In this document: positions 1 through 12,447 of the stretch, piece after piece
Numbering within the stretch: the stretch's first letter is position 1
How the letters are laid out: each line of letters opens with the position of its first letter
NCBI GenBank assembly: GCA_030704615.1
Contig: CM060732.1
Location: 53,072,001 to 53,136,000 of the forward strand
Direction: 5' to 3'
Source: Takakia lepidozioides
Lineage: Eukaryota; Plantae; Bryophyta
DNA: 64,000 nucleotides
The notes under the pieces: model-generated
The model's input: only the letters and a program-made list of their open reading frames with translations
Databases searched by the model: none
What the model was told of the DNA's origin: nothing
Program-made: the position numbers and the translations under genes

Positions 1-404
1 CATTTGGGGGACACCCGGAGGGAAGCCACATGTTCTTGCTTTTGGCGAACATCCACTTCCACACATTGCACTGCTGGGTCCAATACAATGAAGAGTTATT
101 CAATCTAGGGAAAAACAAAGTCGTTAAATCACAATGGTCAAACCTAACCAACAGGCAAGAGCCAAGGAGCTAAGAGAGTAGAGAGGTTGAATCCCCAGCT
201 TTCCACAAGAATATACCACGGGATGTTGGCCAGCTTCTCTTGTGGTTTTCATATTTTTTAAACAAATTTTGGGTACATATTCACTCCAATCTCATACAAA
301 ATCGATCATAAATGGCATATTGCGTCGTAATGGAATACAAAATAGTGCATTGGAGATGTAATTTCATGATTTCGAGCAGAAAATTCAGCCTTGAATAATG
401 GATA

Positions 405-669
405 CAGGGCCACTATACACTACGGACCAAGACCAAGACCAAGCGGAAATGGAACATCTTATTGGTCAAGGGCCAAAAATTGGTCCGAAGGGCTTTACAC
501 TAGGGACCAAGCCCAAAAGACCAAAGCCGGCCAATATGCTTACATGGCACCTACTTTTGGCACGAACTCTTTGCCCCCAGACCAAGACGTTGGACCAAGA
601 CCAGCCCAAGAGTGGCACTTCTTGGTCCCACCATTTCTTGGTCTTGGTCCGTAGTGTAAAGTGGCCCTG
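405..669. mobile_element. MITE with ~33-bp terminal inverted repeats (PIF/Harbinger-like termini)
   Basis: 5' cagggccactatacactacggaccaagaccaag versus 3' cttggtcttggtccgtagtgtaaagtggccctg (1 mismatch); internal GACCAAG repeats; no clear TSD, so the superfamily is uncertain. Confidence 0.8.
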
Positions 670-815
670 ACATAACAACCGGCTACTCGCGTATGGCTCC
701 TCATTGTGAATAGTGAAATCTACATTCATCCAATAAGCTTGAGAATTCATCAATTTATTCCTCATAAATTATTAAATAATAACGATGTTACCTAAGGTAG
801 GTTCTACGTGGAGGC

Positions 816-917
816 ACATGAAGTCCTTTTCAGCAAAGGAGAGGAGGTGATAGCACAACAGGGGCTTAGCGATTTTTGACAGCGATGCGTCTCCTCTTTA
901 GGATAAAGAGAAGCCAG
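816..917 (+). repeat. Dispersed ~90-100 bp repeat, copy 1 (copy 2 at 10504-10606)
   Basis: acatgaagtc..ttttcagcaaaggagaggaggtga...gcacaacagg.gcttagcgatttttgaca..gatgcgt is shared with the flank downstream of the F-box pseudogene. Confidence 0.8.
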
Positions 918-1082
918 CAAATTCTATGAAATATTTCTCTATCCCTTCCGTTAACCTAAACAAAAAACAAAACAAAAAAATTTGATTTTAAGATTTGCAA
1001 GGTGGCTTTTGAACTTCTGGATATTTGCACTAATTTATTAGTGCAACTACCTACCACCAATCATCCATAAATTTCAATTATA

Positions 1083-1460
1083 CTAGGGTAGCTTGTGCCA
1101 TTGGCCCAAGTGTCCACTATCATCTAAGCCCAAGTGCAATCCCCTAGGGCATCTCCCATGTGCATTTCCCATGTCAAGGCCCGATTAATTTTTTTCCATG
1201 CAATTATTGAGTAGTAATATATCCTATCATTATTGATATATCTCCCGTCTCTAGGGTAGCCTCCGTTGGCCGAAGTGTCCAATGTCATCTAATTTCCACA
1301 TAGCCTAAGACCAGATTTGATATATCTCCAATGTGCGTCTCCTATGTCGAGGCCCAAGTGCGACCTCTACAGTAGCCTCTGCCGTTGGCTCAAGGGTCCA
1401 ATGTTGTCCAAGTCCAAATGCATTTTCTTTCCACAGAGCCTACGACCAGATTTGAACCGC
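1083..1460. repeat. Degenerate tandem repeats (~120-170 bp units), probably TE-derived
   Basis: Recurring ctagggtagc...gccgttggcccaagtgtcca unit at ~1083, ~1251 and ~1366; gaccagatttga at ~1309 and ~1444. Confidence 0.55.
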
Positions 1461-1726
1461 AGACCTTTCCCTTGATATCTATCCTCTCGAGGCTCCAACC
1501 ATTGTCCCAGGAATTCCACTTTGCTATTCTTCGGGAATTTCCAGCGACCCAAAGTACTTGAAATTCCACATCTCCCACACCGCAGTTCCAAAAATCATGA
1601 GACCAAGCCCGTGCACCCCTCCTCGTCGAGGGCTTTCCAATGGCACCAAGCACCAGGGCTGGGGCCTCGCGGTTGGGGACATCTCAAATCTACAAAACAA
1701 AACAAATGTCTCGCTTCATATATTGA

Positions 1727-2480
1727 CTAGGGCTTCGCGTTGCTCCGCACTACTAGCGACGACTTCTGAGAACTATGTTCAAGTTTCACAAAAAGGGGTG
1801 GGTCATCTGCATGGTCTTAAATACATACATCCCGTACACCATCAATCCATGGGCCACTAGGTATGGCGGAAAGGTTGAAATGGATTGATTTAATAAATAG
1901 TGGCACGCAATGAACTGTTAATTTGTTGATAGGGTCTATTCAAGTGATGGACTGCGTTGTGTTCTAATACATGAAGCAGTTTTTGATTGTGAATGTTGCT
2001 TAGGAAACGGATCGACGATTGAGTGGTTTGCTGTGAATTTTTAAGTTTATATTTTTCCCTTCGTTTGGCATTTAGCTCATTTGGATTGAAAATACTTTGT
2101 ATCTGTTGTTGTTTATATATCTTTTCCATCAACATTCAGTGTTTCTTTATTTGAAGTATACTTTTCCCGCCTCTTAGCGTTAGCAGTTTGTTTTTTCATA
2201 TTGATTTGAAGATTAAATTGATAATGATTGTATAGGTCTCAAGTTGTAGACAAATTCTTGATAAAAACAATAGTTTTGATTAAAGAAAATGATGGTATTG
2301 ATAAAACTTATGGTCTTGATAAAAATGATGGTCTTGATATTGATATTTGCTTTCAAGGTTTTGAAGTGTCCGTTCTTAGTATGTCCTCTTTCTCTCTCTT
2401 CAGTCTCCATTGAAGCATACAACTTTGTTTGGTCAATGGGAACTATGGGCATTAGTTCCGCACTATAATGCAATCAAACC
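1727..2480 (-). mobile_element. Possible non-autonomous Helitron relic (3' end at 1727; 5' limit unknown)
   Basis: Minus strand reads gtgcggagcaacgcgaagccCTAG|T: GC-rich imperfect hairpin then CTAG followed by T; AT-rich interior with K/N/Q-rich ORF relic and ~18-21 bp minisatellite at 2258-2345. Confidence 0.35.
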
Positions 2481-3344
2481 CTCTGACTCATCTCTTTCCA
2501 CTGTACTATGAAGGATATCCCCCATGCAGGTAGAAGGCTGACTAGCAGAGATTGTGAAAGTCAAACCATAGAAACCAAAGGGCAACTCAAGGCAACTCAG
2601 GAGAGAGCGGGAGAGAGTCTCTAATTGGAAGTGTCATGCTTGTTCCAAGATAGTGGATGTGGCTCCATTCCGCAACGACCCAGTTTGTGTCATGGGCTCG
2701 CACTGCATCGACTCGGGCATGACAGGCTTCGTCAAAATCCAGGGATGCTCTCGGAGCATGGCATTCCTCCGGAGGCCGCAGCAACCACAGAATATCTTGG
2801 GACATCAAACATGTTCTTGTGTGCAGAGATCGGGTCCATCGCCAAAACAGGAGATAAAGATAAAGATAAGAGAGAGAGCAACCGATTTCGTGGCCTCCCA
2901 ATTTACCCCTACATCCCTCTATACTCGTTGATTACGGAATGACAAGATCAAGCGATGCATCCAAGTGTAATGTGCGTGATGAGAACAATGCGGATACACC
3001 AGAAGCCGCAGTCCCATCGCACTGTGAGGAGAGCTCGAACCATAGTGACCCCACAGCATGACTGTATAAATATCTGAAAGGCGACAGGTCATGTACATCC
3101 CTATCTGGATTGCGAGACCATTCCCTGAAATGCTTTACAGTACAGGTCTGTATCTTTGTTGGATGCATCAAATAGCTGCCAAAAGAGATACCCAAGCTTT
3201 TTCCCCCTCAGTTATCAAACCAGCATATATTTTTCTAAACACCACTTACTGTAATTATTTTGGGGTCTTTTTTGTTCAAATTCAGCCACAACATTCTTTC
3301 AGTGTTAATCTGTCTGAAAGAGAACAAATTACGACCTTTCCACC

Positions 3345-4783
3345 TCATCGTTTGAAGTGAGGAGTTTGCTGCATGGATGTTTGCTTGTTTCGAAAGTAGT
3401 AATCCCGAATCGCTCACCCAATAGTCTCTGAGATGACTTGGCAGTCACTGCACCTGAAGGTTCTTGATGACACACAAAGGTGTGGTGCAGGGTCAGCTAG
3501 TTCTCAATGTGCTGGCAGCGAGAAAAACCTTTTGCACCTCCTGGACATGAACGTCATGTACAAAGCGCATGTCAGGCACACATCCAACCTGCTTCATCTG
3601 CCCAGACAATCCACAATTTGTTCAACCTGAGCTGTGCTCCGGCACCTTTGTCAGAACTGTCCTCCATCATTATTCTAACCTGCACTTGATCCTCCCACCT
3701 GCCCTCCTGCAATCATTGATTTTCAATAGCTAAGTTCCAGGGTCCTGCGGACCCAGCTTCAGGAGGCATTTTGCTGCCCGTTCTGCAAGGTCCACCTCAC
3801 CATGAAGATTGCAGGCACCAAGCAAGGTTCACCACACCGAAGCATCTGGTTCCATTGGCATGTTCTTCCTCTGCCTCATCCAACTGCCCTGCATATCCAA
3901 GAAGATCCACCATGCAGCCGAAATGCTCCATTGTAGGAATGAGGCCATGATCTGAAATCATGGATTTAAAGTGCTGACATTGGCCTTCGTCCACAAGGCC
4001 CACATGACTACACGCAGTGAGAAGACATATAAAGGTGATACCATTTGGCTTAAAACCCTTCCTTTTTCATTTGTTGGAATAGCTGTAGGGCTTCCATACT
4101 ACATCCATGCTGAACATATCCGGCGATCATGGAGTTCCAAGAGACAACATTATGTTGAGCCATATTGTTGAATACCTGATGTGCATCATTGAACCTCCCA
4201 CACTTGGCATACATATCAACAAGGGCTGTCTCCAGATTGATGTTTGGCACCATTTCAGCTTTTAGGATGTCAGCATGAACCTCCATGCCCTTTCCCAGCG
4301 CTGCCAGGCTAGCACAGGCATTGAGAATGCAAATGAACGTGACCCTGTCGGGCAGCACCCCTTCATGCACCATTTGCCCATAGGTCTCTAAAGCCTTCCT
4401 ACCACATCCATGGTGAGCATATCCTGGGATCATTGCACTCCATGAGACCACATTCCGTTGAGCCATATTCACAAACACTTGACGTGAATCCTGTCAACAA
4501 GAGTATTCTGCAGAATGATGTCTGGCACAATTCTAAACTTCCTGATCTCAGCATGAACCCACATGGCCTTTTCCAGGGCTGCTAAACTCGCACATGCATT
4601 TATGACAGTAATAAACGTGATGTTGTTGGGCGTAAGCCCTGCCTTTACCATTTGCTCATAGACCTCTACAGCCTCCCTAGCACAACAATGCTGAGAATAT
4701 CCTGCAATCATGGGGTTCCAAGAGACTACATTTCGTTGAGCCATTTTGTCAAACACTTGACGTGCATCCTTAATGCTACCACA
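3345..4783 (-). pseudogene. PLS-class PPR-E-DYW RNA-editing factor pseudogene (C-terminal part)
   Basis: P/L/S motifs ([39 protein letters not shown]), E motif ([24 protein letters not shown]), decayed DYW (MKQVGCVPDMRFV, VIKNLQV/CSDC, ISETIG); several frameshifts and stops. Confidence 0.9.
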
Positions 4784-6774
4784 ATCAGGCTACTACTATC
4801 ATACTGCTTGAACACATTCAACGGAAATGATCAATCCTACTACTGGGGAGTTAGTTTTCAACTAAGGGCTGGTCTTAATATCATATTAGAAAGCAGAATG
4901 TAGATAGCAGCACTGCAACTTTAGCCCTCCATCTTAGATATGACACATGTGGTTGTGGTCACTGCCAATTGCGCTTCGCCCTGATGTGCATAGAGGGAGA
5001 GTGTCATCATTGACCCTTCTGACACATCATCTCCAGGGCTTGCACACGCAGGTTGTGGTTTCAAACCCACCGCAGTATCCGAAGCGGGATTTTCCATAGC
5101 CAGTGACAATCCAATTGTGGATCGACCTCAGAATTGCAATGCCAGTGCATTGTCAAACACTCGCTTCTCTGTAACTGCTCCATTAGCCCTCTAGATTGCA
5201 AAGGAAGTGCTTTTATTGAATGGGGTTGCACTGGCTGTGACAGTGCTAAAGAGAAAAGAAAGGAAAAACAGCAAGGATGACAGAAGGCAATATCATGAAG
5301 TTGTGAAAGTTTCCTAATGCATGTTGTTGTCTGCTTCTGCTCACGCACCTTTTTGGCTGCATTGTCCCACCATTGCCTGGGGCTTGAAAAGAATTTGCTC
5401 CACAGTTTGTCTGTGCTATTTATATATGCACATTGTCTGCAACCCCAGTAATAATATCATATTACACCACTCACCAGACAAACCAACCATACATGTCATG
5501 CCGGTGTAGAACCTAGAACCAAATTTCCGAGAACAAGAGCTCACCTCAGCTGTTAGCCGGGCAAGAAGTTGAGTCAGAAAAGAGCAAGAGTGCTCCCTGG
5601 TCAATGAAGCTACGGATCACTGAAGCATACTGCGGCTTTCAGGAGAATATAGTTGCTCAGCTTGCCAAAAAGGTTCCCTCCTGATTTAATAAGGAGCTTT
5701 GACAGGGTGTGGTGAATGCAAAGTCCACCCAACAACTGCTATCAGATACAGCAAGCTAGATTACACAGAGGAATAAGAGAGGAGTTGAACTTAAATGTAG
5801 CAGCATTCACAACTAACCCCCCCGCACCCCCCACAAAAAAATCCCCAATATCCAGATGGGTAGGAGAGACAGCAGTACTTAATTACACTTTGCTTGTCAT
5901 AAGCCTCGAGCCCATGGATAGCATTCGAACTAGGCCCATGCAAAACGATGTAGGGAGAGGGGCAGGGAACAGGGTGAGAACAGACAAATGCACTACATTG
6001 GGAACTTCAACCTGCCATCCCAATGTTTATCAATACCTTTGCAACGTTCTCACCTGTGGCACTGTAGCCATATCACCCTCCCATGCATGCATAATTTCTA
6101 CGGCTACCGCTGCTTGGTTTAACTAACTCTTGTCGACTAGTCCAGGCATTGAGATGGTACAATCGTGACATCTTGCATAGAAATTGAGATAAAATCGGTT
6201 AGGTTTCTCTGGCTGTCCACAGTATGTATATTGTTATTCCCACATCCCCAATCATCCATTCGAAAGGACTCCTTGGAGCCCATGAAGCCATACCAGTCTT
6301 CCATAGGAACACAAATTACCGGCTGGAAACCTCAGTTTTAGAAAGAACAGGTGGACTGGCCAGGTTGAATTCCATAATACATTCTTCCGGGATCCATTGT
6401 GTTGGCAATTTCCTTCCCTAATATGATCTGGGGCGTACACTTCCTGTGATTGCGCTCCACATTCCAACCACCACCTCCACTTCCTCCTCCTCTTCCTTTT
6501 CTGGTCTCCACAGCCCGGCAATTGGCTTGAAACTGCTGCAAACAGATCTCCATGCAATGCGATTTGGAACATGCAGAGGGGGAACTAAAGTATACACCCC
6601 ACATATTCTTAAATCATTTAGTACAAGGCGAATATTGGAAACAGCGTAGCCTTGGAGAGACTTGTAAGGACACCCACAGAGTTCATGGACGTAGGAGCGG
6701 AGCGAGGGCATGCCGACGTCGCGAGGCTTACACATACATGTTTTCTCTTTGGGCAATATGGGCAGCTCAAAACA

Positions 6775-6855
6775 AAAATGACGACGACGACGATGACGTG
6801 GCACTATGGCACCCTATATCTGCTCTACGCTAAACTAGCTCTCGACCTTTGGGGC
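6775..6855 (+). mobile_element. Dispersed element end, (ACG)n + conserved core + hairpin, copy 1 (copy 2 at ~41835-41930)
   Basis: acgacgacgatgacgtggcactatggcaccctat..ctgctctacgctaaactagct is near-identical to the 41860-41910 region. Confidence 0.7.
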
Positions 6856-6873
6856 TGCTTCAGTTATGCAACG

Positions 6874-7060
6874 TGATAAGGTGGGCGTGCACCTGGTTTC
6901 CCTCTGCTAGGCCTTTCATGTTAATGCACTCCTGCAAGACACAGATATAAGTATTGGAGTCTGCCCAATTGCTCCCTTGGCTCAAAATGTTGCTTCTTTC
7001 AGTCGGCCAGCTTTATACACTGTCCTCACATCCTTCTTGTTGACTCCCTCACTTGGTATT
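6874..7060 (-). pseudogene. PPR N-terminal fragment (probably the 5' part of the 3345-4783 pseudogene)
   Basis: Minus strand gives DVRTVYKAGRLKEA then, after a frame change, ADSNTYICVLQECINMKGLAEGNQVHAHLI, a typical first L-motif of PLS PPR proteins. Confidence 0.7.
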
Positions 7061-9287
7061 CTTTCAGAAGCAGGGATTGTGGAGGTGCTACGCCTGCTGC
7101 TACATCGATATCCAGCAGACACCTGTGCCTCATTCATGCCCTCCATCCTGCAAGAGTCCTGATTCTTAGTTTCGGCAAAAACTATATCTCCATGCTCTTA
7201 GATACGTGAAAAAAGATATCAGAATACGGGCAGGTTTCTGGTTTTAATGCAAGTCATCGACTTGTATCAATTGAGTATGTTTTTGGAACCCTTGAATGCT
7301 TATCAGAACATTACCCTTTGTATGCTTGGCCTGGACTTCCAGGGTATAATTCGGAAGTTATACAATCATCATATTTTCCTAGAATTTGAATCATAGTAGC
7401 AAGCTCTTCTTCCACCCATCGAGTCGTGCACTTATGTCTGAAGTCTGGTAATCTTGGACTTTCCTGTGAAACAGAGTGCGGGCAGCTGAGTACCCACAAC
7501 TTGAGCCCCACATAAAAACCAGGCTACAATCACCAAGCATCTTTCAAACGACTGGAATCAACCTTGACCAATGCTACTACTGAGGAAGATAAAGCTACTG
7601 ATAGCAACATAACGGTTCTCTTTCCCTGCCGAAAAGCAAAGTTGTCACTGTTCTATGTACACTCTAGTCCACCAATGCAGAGATTCAATTGTGCGCCCTC
7701 CTTGACAAACTCTTTTAGGTCCTACACGAAGATGCCCTCACCTTCTCAGACATGTGCCCCACCGCTGTAAAAGGACCTGAGAGGAACTCCTCCCAGAGCC
7801 ATTCTATGCTCGTTGCTATACCTGCATACAATTAGCTGCATAAACATGAGAACTTTGCTAGTTGCTGATCTGCTCACTGTATATTGAGAGTACGATTGTA
7901 GCTGTTGATTAAGATTCTGCAAGTTACCGTGCGTTATTTCTCTGTGTCACGCACAGAAAGAACATACACACATACCAATTACATATGTTGAAGAAGATAC
8001 TGAAGAAGTTTGTAGTGGTCAAGACCACCCTTCAAGCCAGGCTGATTGTGGGTCCTACTCACGTTTCCGCCACAGCTCGTGCTTGACCAGACTGTGTCCT
8101 TCGACCACAATCTGTCATCCTACTAGAATCTGGACTTCCATCTTGAAATGTCGGCAGGGCTCCGACATTCACACCACAATTAGAGCCATAACCTGATATC
8201 CATCCGCCATCCCATTGTGCTCGACCTTCCCTCGTCAGTACTTCTGCTCTACCCAAGGCATCGCCAAGTTGGGTACCCAAATGGACATCCAATCTCTGCT
8301 ACACGGCCTGAGCCCACCGCGCAAGGAGATGCCAGTGCCTTTGGTACGACCTCCCCCCGTGCGCGCAGGAGGCCTCCAGAGCACGCTGCCATCCTTGTGC
8401 CTGTGATGCAAAGACGAAGCTGGCAGCAACGGTTGTGCAACAAGGACTGAAGCACCAGTTCAAAGCTTTCAATGGGCCAAAGACACCATCAACTCATTTT
8501 AATGCGCAGATAAACTAAATTGCACACTTTTTGTATGTGACCAATTGAATTGCAACGCATTGCAAATCATCTTGCCCTTTTGCTCATAAGAAATTGGTAA
8601 CTTCAAGTGAAGGTTTCCTTCTCACGCCACATCTCGAGTCTACTCAACTTGTAGACAACACACGCAGCGTTGGTGATGATCAAAGCTTTCCAGTGCAGCA
8701 GTTGCAAGGACGGCGGATCAAGTGCGGTGATTCACATCTAGAGAAGGGTCGTCTAGGGCTGCGGAGGGAGACGAAGGAGAAAGATGGATGGCGACACCAC
8801 GTAGTGGTACAGTTATCCCTTCGCGTTTGCCGCACAGTCTCAATTCAGTTACACATGTGGGCATTTCTACTTAACTTGTCTAACACCACTCCACTTCACT
8901 TGCGTATCCCAACCAACTCACTCTCATTGAGACATACAACACATCGATATTCTTGAAAACGGGTCAAGCTTGCTATCCGTACGAAGCAAAGATTTTCCAG
9001 GGATCTTTAGGGTTTCTATGGACAGACTACCAATATACAGCACGGCTGCAAATAGTAATTTAGGGAAGTGGGTGGCTAGCAAAGAAGGTTGAAGTACCAG
9101 AATAGCAAAGCAGTAGCGAGGCTTTTGATAGCAAATACCAACAATAGTTGGGCTCATGGCTGTGAATTCTCAGAGGCTCAAGGCTAAGTATTTCTTTCCC
9201 CTAATTTTTTTTCCCCCGGGCTCCGTTAAGGTTAGGATCACAAGAACACAATTGGAGAGGTTTTGTCGCCGAAACCACCTCGGCAAT

Positions 9288-10361
9288 ATGGAGGAGGAGA
9301 CTTGGAGCATGCTCCCTTTCGAGTTATTGATGATAGTGTTGGTCCTTTTGCCATATCGAAGTCTTCTCCGCTTTAAGTCGGTTTGCAAGTTGTGGAATTC
9401 CCTCCCATCCACTGCTAGTTTCCAACAACTCTGTCAGCAGCTCCCTCTTCACGAAGAATCCTACGTCTGGTCTTTAAACAGACCAAATGTTTGCATGCTG
9501 TATGCACCCACAACTCGACGGTGGCACAGGATCGACCTCAAACTCCCCAAGGATATTTCACCATACACAGCTCGTGCTGCAGATGGAGGCTTACTTTGCA
9601 TAACGGACTAGCTGGAAGCGGCCGGTCATGACATATCATGGTTTGTGTATAATCCTCTCCTGCACACTTTCAGACAATTGCCCGCCCTGCCTCACAATCC
9701 ATCACGTTTCGAAGCGCCAAGAGTGCATTTGATTGTGGATAGATGCACTAAGAGCTACAAGGTCATTGTGGTATCATTCTAGTATCGCGACAACACTAGA
9801 CTTTGGAGGACACACATCTATGACTCAATTTGCGAGTGTTGGACCGAGACTGGAAAGATGCCAACAGTTGGTGATCGGGACTATTGTCCAACAACTGTGA
9901 TATTTGGCCCTACTCTCTTTGCTCTAGTTTATGGACCAGGGCTGCCTGACGTCTACCTTTTGGTAACACTGGCAGCGGTGTGTGGACTAAAGTTGCTATA
10001 CAGATGCCTGATCTTCGCCATGATCCATTCCTTGTAGAAAGTGGGGGGAATCTTGATCGTGGTCGCAAAGCGCCACCCATCACATGCGTGTGGGAGTTCA
10101 AAGTTTCTGCAACGACTGATGCAGAGTGGGTGGAGATTGCAAGAAATAGTTGGGGCCCCCTACTATTGCGAAGTGGTGAGCAATGACAATCTCATATTCT
10201 TCTGGAGCAGCTCTACAGTTCGACAAGTAATTGTTGTGATGTATGACATGAAGCAAGCCACATGGACATCCCCTCAGGAATTCTTTCCACCTGAATTACC
10301 ATTTACTTGGCGGGACACCAGTTTGGGTAGCGGGGGTCTTAGTTTAGGTGCAGAAGTCTAG
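9288..10361 (+). pseudogene. F-box (kelch/beta-propeller-type) protein pseudogene, intronless
   Basis: F-box WSMLPFELLMIVLVLLPYRSLLRFKSVCKLWNSL; AADGGLLC, FVYNPLLHTFRQLP, SYKVIVV, IYDSICECW motifs; in-frame TAG at 9609-9611 and 9780-9782 plus later frameshifts. Confidence 0.85.
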
Positions 10362-10503
10362 AAAAGCTTTTCTTCATTGGCCTTGCCTTCAGCAGGATAC
10401 TACTGTATATCTGAGTGGGTCCAGTTGGGCACAGGTTTCTTGTGTTCCTTATGTGTTTCGTTGATGGATGATTGAAGATATCCAGGATTTTATTACATGA
10501 ATT

Positions 10504-10606
10504 ACATGAAGTCATTTTCAGCAAAGGAGAGGAGGTGACACTTGGGGAAGGCACAACAGGTGCTTAGCGATTTTTGACACTGATGCGTAGTCTAAAGAGG
10601 AGCCAA
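10504..10606 (+). repeat. Dispersed ~90-100 bp repeat, copy 2
   Basis: Matches 816-917 with a ~10-bp indel. Confidence 0.8.
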
Positions 10607-11040
10607 TAAAAATACAGGTGAGCATATAAAACATATCGGTCACTATACAAGCTCATATACCAGCCACATGATACTTCTAAGAAGGTTATAATGAAGACCG
10701 ATCCACCTCTATAGTTCAACATCAAGAGATAGAAAAGTTAATGCACAGCCCGACCTGAAACATAGCTGGATCCCATGCCGTTGTTGCCACTGCCTTGCCC
10801 ACTTTGCAAAGCCCCCAACTAATGGACCCTCCCTCCAACCTGCCTCTTATGTGCTCCCTCTTTGGCTATAGCTTGCCAAAATGACCTTGCCACACCTGTA
10901 GAACCTCCTCCAATCTCCTAACCAGCATGCCTTCCATATTGCCCCACATGCAATTCCCACTTTGACATGGCATGGAGTAGCCATGTGGGGCCCGCATGCT
11001 AGCCATCGTTGTTTTCTTTGTTTAATTTTGTTTTTGGAAC

Positions 11041-11386
11041 TAAGGTAGTAGTGATCCAGAAGGGAGTCCACAGTATATCTATCTGAGCTCTGCTTGTAGA
11101 TCTCCATTTCTGAAAAACGTTGAATTGAAAAACTGTGGATAAAAACTAAAGCTATCCGATAAATGTTTGAACTATGATCAATGATCTGATAGTAGGTAGA
11201 TTTTACCATTTTCATTTCGATTTTTTCCCTGGAGGGTAAGATAAGTTGACAGAGTGCAGTTAAAAACTTTTTTCAGTTTTTGTAGGGAGCAAAAACATCC
11301 TATTATTTACACTCATGAATTGACAACCGAATTCACAATTTTTCATTTCTTTTCTTGTGGAAACTTATGGAGTCACTGGGCACTTA
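11041..11386. mobile_element. Possible degenerate MITE
   Basis: Imperfect terminal inverted similarity (agtgatccagaag / cttatggagtcact) around an AT-rich interior. Confidence 0.3.
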
Positions 11387-11684
11387 GTAGAGGAGGGAAA
11401 AAAGAACCCACTGAACCCAAACCCACAGAGCAATGAACAGTGCACATAATTGACAAACCTCTGATCGGCCCCAGCCACACTGTATCATTTTGTTGAACTG
11501 ATTTTGAACTGATTTTGACGGGAATGCATTTCCATTGCCACTATCCATGATTTCCTTAAGTCCCTACCAGAAGGTTATATAGTACTATTGTGATCATCCT
11601 TCTACAGCAGGTTAAACTATCTAGGTTTGTAACATTGCAAGGACCTAATTTTTTACAATCTATTCATACAGCAGATCATAAATT

Positions 11685-12447
11685 ATGATGTTGGATTTCA
11701 CTTCCACATGATGTGAGGGATATTGTGCAGAGCAAGCTTCCTGTTGCAACTCTTTTCAGGAGTCAAGCCGTGTAAAGAGTGGAACCATGAGAATGTATTT
11801 TCTCCCTTTTTCCTAAACCTTCTGTCGAAAGAACGAGAGGTGTCATTGGGAGATTGGTTCTTTCCCACATATCTTGAATCTGCAAAGAACTTCCTGACCA
11901 AACCCTACTTTGCATATGAGGTAAATGGGTCAGGGAAATTTCACAGGATGCCGCCTCTACCGTTTATTCCTACAGAAATAACTCTAGAGCGAGTAACTCT
12001 TCTCTCTGCATTTGGTGGAGTTTTCTTCATGAGGGAGCATCATCATGACTGTGATGCACCAAGGTCACCAAGGTTGTGAGGGCGTATGACGTTGGATGTC
12101 TTCTACCCTCTTCCAAGCTCTGTGACTACTCCTGAGCTTGTTATCTGCATGGGTAGACTCTTTGCTGTGTGCATATCTTGCCATCCCCAAGTCTAGCGAC
12201 TACAAAGTTGTGGTTGTAGACTTACTGGAGCAAAAGGATTTTGCAGTCATCTAGCACCAAGCAGCTGATAAGGACCTCTGACTTCAAGTGTGGTGCACAG
12301 GGTCATCGCATGTTTGTGGCACTGGGAGGCAATGCGGTGGTCTACAACCTGTGCGAAGATTCTTGGAGCAGTTGGACATTTGTCCGAAAACCTACAAACT
12401 GTGACCTGCATGGTCCCTTGGAGCTTAGTCTAAGCTCTCGAATCTGA
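11685..12447 (+). pseudogene. Second, more decayed F-box/kelch-like gene relic
   Basis: Degenerate F-box (ILCRASF...CKEWN), LLSAFGGVFF, SSDYKVVVV, AVVYNLCEDSW, ending LELSLSSRI*; multiple frameshifts. Confidence 0.55.

Noticed and set aside
7300-8460. Exon-like coding fragments upstream of the PPR relic
   Set aside because: Splice-like signals present but no recognisable protein family; cannot support a call
9609-9782. Stop-codon readthrough or U-to-C editing rescuing the two in-frame TAGs of the F-box gene
   Set aside because: Downstream frameshifts also break the frame, and such editing is organellar; ordinary pseudogenisation suffices
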